Positions 60,168 to 64,000 of a stretch of 64,000 bases of DNA are shown in pieces. The stretch is taken from positions 16,960,916 to 17,024,915 of the forward strand of contig NC_135258.1 of assembly GCF_964204865.1 (NCBI RefSeq). The letters are read 5' to 3'. Below the pieces are notes generated by a model that was not told where the DNA came from, made no database searches, and worked only from the letters and a program-made list of their open reading frames with translations. Every line of letters begins with the position of its first letter. Position 1 is the stretch's first letter. A program made the position numbers and the translations under genes. The stretch comes from Styela clava (taxonomy: Eukaryota).

Positions 60168-61288
60168 GTAATACCATTTCTATTCTTTGACAATTACCAT
60201 AAGATAATACAAGGGCTAACCCAAGGGTTAAAAACTTGTTTGATAAAATGTTTTGATAAAATAAGGAAACGTTTGTTTTTGATTTTTATCGCTTTTTACT
60301 TAAATACTTTGTGGAATATCACTTCCAACATTGATTAGCTTTCTTTGTAATTTTTCAATTGAAATATTCAAAATTTACACATTCACTTTTTTGTCTTGTA
60401 ACGCTCAAATATATAATAGTTGGTAGTATAGAACTGAATAATATTATTATGGATATGCTCACATAAATAACAATATACAAATTATCACATATTCTCCATA
60501 CTAAACTAGGAGGTACTGATTGCAACATAATCAATTGACTTGTTTGAAGTACCTCCCATGCTTTCGATACTGGAGTATCACTGTTATTTTTTTATTACTT
60601 TATGTTAATGGACCAATCAAAATAGTTTGAAGCAGATGATGTACAGCTTCTGATTCTGTAGTATTTACTTTGTGAATTTGTACCAAATTTTGGTGACATC
60701 CGACTTTTGACAGCCTGCCATTTCAATAAAAATTGTTCTCAAGATTTATAAAAACACTAATACTTATTAAAAAAATGAATTGATTCTCAACTGATAAACT
60801 GTATTCGTAATTTGTCTGTTAAAACTGGTATATTTGTTGCCCTGCCTCAATGCCAGTCAGGTGTTGCAATAAAAATATTCTCAAGAATTATGATTCCAAC
60901 AAGATTTATAAAAAAAAAATAATTTATTACTGATAAATGTGTGATGACTGTAATTCTTCTTGTTAGGATGAGAATATTTGCCAGCTGGGGCCAAATCAGC
61001 TGGCATGCAAATGTTTTAGTATTCCGATTTCCTAATATAATAGCATATTATGCTGAGATTATGAAATATCGAATACATTCTGAATTTAGGCTTATTGTTT
61101 TCTCTGTGTCGTTTGTTACCAGTTGAGATATCGCGCGCTTAGATCCTCTTGTCTGAGTTTTGAATGCGTTCGAATATTCAATTCCTTTCAGACAGACCTG
61201 CATGCTGTATTCTTAATTCAACAATTCTAAAATAAGATATGATTCAGTTTGTTTATTAGTTTTGTAAATTCCATTTGTATAATTACAG

Positions 61289-61411
61289 ATTAAAGATTTG
61301 CAACAACAACTGGATAAAGCCAACAAACAGCTTTCACAAAGTGAAGGTGGTTTACAACAATATGTTTCTCGATGCATGTCTGCTGAGAATAAAATAGAAC
61401 AACTGAAACAG
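61289..61411 (+). CDS. kinectin/RRBP1-like protein, exon 6 (start of coiled-coil rod); gene continues beyond the window
   Basis: Acceptor aattacag|. IKDLQQQLDKANKQLSQSEGGLQQYVSRCMSAENKIEQLKQ. Donor CAG|GTCAGT. Confidence 0.7.
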
Positions 61412-63261
61412 GTCAGTACTTTATAAAAGATTGAGAGTTAACACGATTATATACTTAAATATACATTACACAGTTATATATACGGTACTTGATCCAACTA
61501 TTCTAAGGCTGGCGCTTCTACAATAGATATACTGGAGTAAACTAAATCAATGAGGCATAATTAAATAATTACGTAACAGTAAAAATAACATTTCTAAATT
61601 CTAATCATGAATATCTATTATTAATAATAACAAGTAGATTTCTAGGCCCGCATTCAATATTAGTTTTATCGAATACTTCTTGAAATATATTGTTTCGTTA
61701 TTTTGAAATTTCTGTAAAAATTTTCAGATTTGAACTTATGTGTTTTCCGACACTAACAGAATTGTGTATCTAAAAGTTGCATAGAATGCCATTATGGCTT
61801 AGTTATTGTATGTTACCTTCATGCATTGCCTTTTCCATATAATAAAATTGATTTTGTACTAGTAAATGTAGAGTTACCACTAAAATCTGCCGCTTCTATT
61901 TATCATTTTTGTAATGAGACTAATCACACGAATATCCTCAGGGCAGCTTTATTAGACGAGGAGGTCGTAGAAATAAACGCCGCCTTTCTAGGGAGTTTAT
62001 TCTAGTTTAAATGTACTTAATTAGAAGTATTTTAAATACTTGAACAATCTCTAGGATGTAAAACTGCCTGGGGGTGCTTCACGTGTCAGTCAGTGACTTG
62101 AATTGACTTTGTGCATTTTTTGTTGAGCGTCACGCTTTTACCAATAATTTTCCATTAGTCATGTTGATATGGGATGTTTGCTTTCGTGAATCAATGTAAT
62201 TGAATTATGTTCTATATGAAACAGTTCCGATACAAGTACCGGTGATTATTTTTATGTGTCATTAGTGATAGAAAAATGACTCAAATTTGTTTATTTTGTA
62301 TTTCTATCAATAGTCGATCTAAATATTTAACCTAATGACCCCTGGTGTTCCTGGGTCATTTTGACACCCTTCTATAATTTTTTTAATATTTCACCAACCA
62401 AAAATGCCAAAGACACCATTAATGTGTCCCTGAAAAGCTTATTTTCGTCGCTTCCCACTAAAACGCGCCCACATTACGTAGCGTAAATGCGTCCGACCAT
62501 ATGCCAGTAAGAAGAGAGAAAATTCAAAAAATTTCGAGAAAAAGTTTCTCACTTTTAACGCTGTGGTCGACACGTGATTGATATGCGAGAGAAAGAGTTC
62601 TCTTTTAGAAGAGCTATACGTCACCTTCAAGATAAAACAAGACTGGGATTTGTAAGTGAAGTGATATTCGTTTTATCGAAGAGCATTTGATCGCGTGCTG
62701 TCTGGTATCTTTGTTTGTTTATTATGAGCCGAAGAACGTTGCTCGCGCGTTCAAAATACTTCGTTTTCAACTAACAATAGATTATTTGGTTATTTTTAAG
62801 CTTTGAAATACTCATACAAATAAAATTGACCTTGTTGCAAAATAAAAATTATACATAAAAAAAATATGATGACATCACCGTAATTAAGAACACTCGGATC
62901 AAGCATGGGTAATTTAAACTCAAACATTTTGAGTTTTGAAATTGGTTTTGTTCACATGCAGACCACTATGAAATACTATTGACCCCCCAAAATACATTTA
63001 AATTAGCCATAAACCCAAATTATGACACAGATCAGCCATTTATGGCAGGGCCGAAACCCTAGGGTTAATAATATCCTATATATGTTTAATTGAAACTCAT
63101 GCCCAAATAGCTGACAATCTCATCTATCCATGAGTGCCTATATTCAGGATATTCCTCTGCTTTGAAATTTCATTCTATAATGCATATAGAAATCATAATC
63201 TCATGTTTAGTGTGTGTGAATTCTGAATTTCCTGACTGAATTTCCCTACAAGTAAACCTCT

Positions 63262-63745
63262 AAACCAGGGGTCGGCAACCTACGGCCCGGGTGTCGGATA
63301 CGGCCCGCGGAGTAATATAATCCGGCCTGCAACGTTTCAATGAATTATAGTAACAAAACAGCTGTTTTGACGATTATATTCTTTACGTAATAACATAATT
63401 TATTGTAAGACACGTGTAAACAAAATTATATTAAAACCTAACAAGTATATTATTCACAATAACTCGTTTAATGAGCCTATAATTTAATAGTAATTAGACA
63501 AATGGCAACAAAACACAGAGAAGTTGATGCTAAGTGTAAACTGTAAAGGGTTCAATGACGCTGAAAATATTCAAATGGAATTTTTTGAGATGTAATGCAA
63601 TGAGGAAATTAACCTAGATTCTATTCGAGAGATGTATCACTACTTAAAAAAAGTATCATCTGTTCGGTTTCCAACTTTCTAAAAATATGTGCGGCCCGCC
63701 AATGACTTGCAACCCTCAATTGCAAGCCCTGATGTAAACCATTGG
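63262..63745. mobile_element. possible third GGTTCCCAAAC-family MITE
   Basis: AAACCAGGGGTCGGCAACCTACGGCCCGGGTG … GTGCGGCCCGCCAATGACTTGCAACCCTCAATTGCAAGCCCTG. The termini are only loosely inverted. Confidence 0.3.
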
Positions 63746-64000
63746 TTTTTAGCCAGGTTGCACAAGTATAGCCCGCAAGTTTACATTCAAATCTGAGAGG
63801 CTAAATTATTTAATATATAGATATATTGTTCAAATATAATCAAATACACAACGTCATGTATAGTATAGTCATATGATAAGACTGGTTTTCTGTGAAAAAC
63901 CTTCATGTGTTCTTCGTCAAATTCTTGTTTCACATTTTTTGATTGGTGTATTTTAATAAATATAACCATAAATCAATTGCACAAGAGTTGTACAAGCTTT

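Noticed and set aside
1-64000. Prokaryotic-style systems (operons, defence islands, CRISPR, phage or integrative elements)
   Set aside because: The sequence is eukaryotic: canonical GT-AG introns, multi-exon orthologues of GNPTAB and RBM4, pol-III SINEs and AT-rich intergenic DNA. No arrays of short direct repeats with unique spacers are present.

Overview
This window is eukaryotic (metazoan, probably invertebrate) nuclear DNA, about 65% AT, with GT-AG spliceosomal introns and many SINE/MITE insertions. It is not prokaryotic, so there are no operons, CRISPR arrays or defence islands. The six-frame ORF track labels non-ATG starts (TTG/GTG) as M in several places, so I re-derived every start codon from the sequence. 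Genes I can support: (1) 314-1576(-), a single-exon 420-aa coiled-coil / Ser-rich protein of unknown family. (2) 5265-10211(-), an intronless 1,648-aa adhesion GPCR with signal peptide, LRR, Ig, hormone-receptor motif, GAIN/GPS, 7TM and a 500-aa tail ending ETSV, i.e. ADGRA (GPR124/GPR125)-like. (3) 14945-29906(+), a complete 19-exon orthologue of GNPTAB (GlcNAc-1-phosphotransferase alpha/beta), 1,367 aa, with Stealth CR1-CR4, two LNR/Notch repeats, an EF-hand, a conserved S1P-type alpha/beta cleavage motif and a C-terminal TM. One small exon missed by the ORF track was recovered by homology. (4) 39641-37134(-), a 3-exon RBM4/lark-like double-RRM protein (394 aa) with an RGG/Gly-rich and Pro-rich tail and no zinc knuckle. 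(5) 51900->61411(+), the first six coding exons of a kinectin/RRBP1-like ER-anchored coiled-coil protein that runs off the window end. The 30-37 kb and 40-51.8 kb stretches are intergenic and TE-rich. Repeats include a tRNA-derived SINE family with at least six copies, a second tRNA-headed SINE, TIR-bounded MITEs with GGTTCCCAAAC termini, a foldback element, several hairpins, a 61-bp tandem duplication and a G26 homopolymer. The most unusual item is the intronless ADGRA-like receptor, which carries a His-rich cytoplasmic tract and an atypical GPS, and sits next to intron-rich genes.
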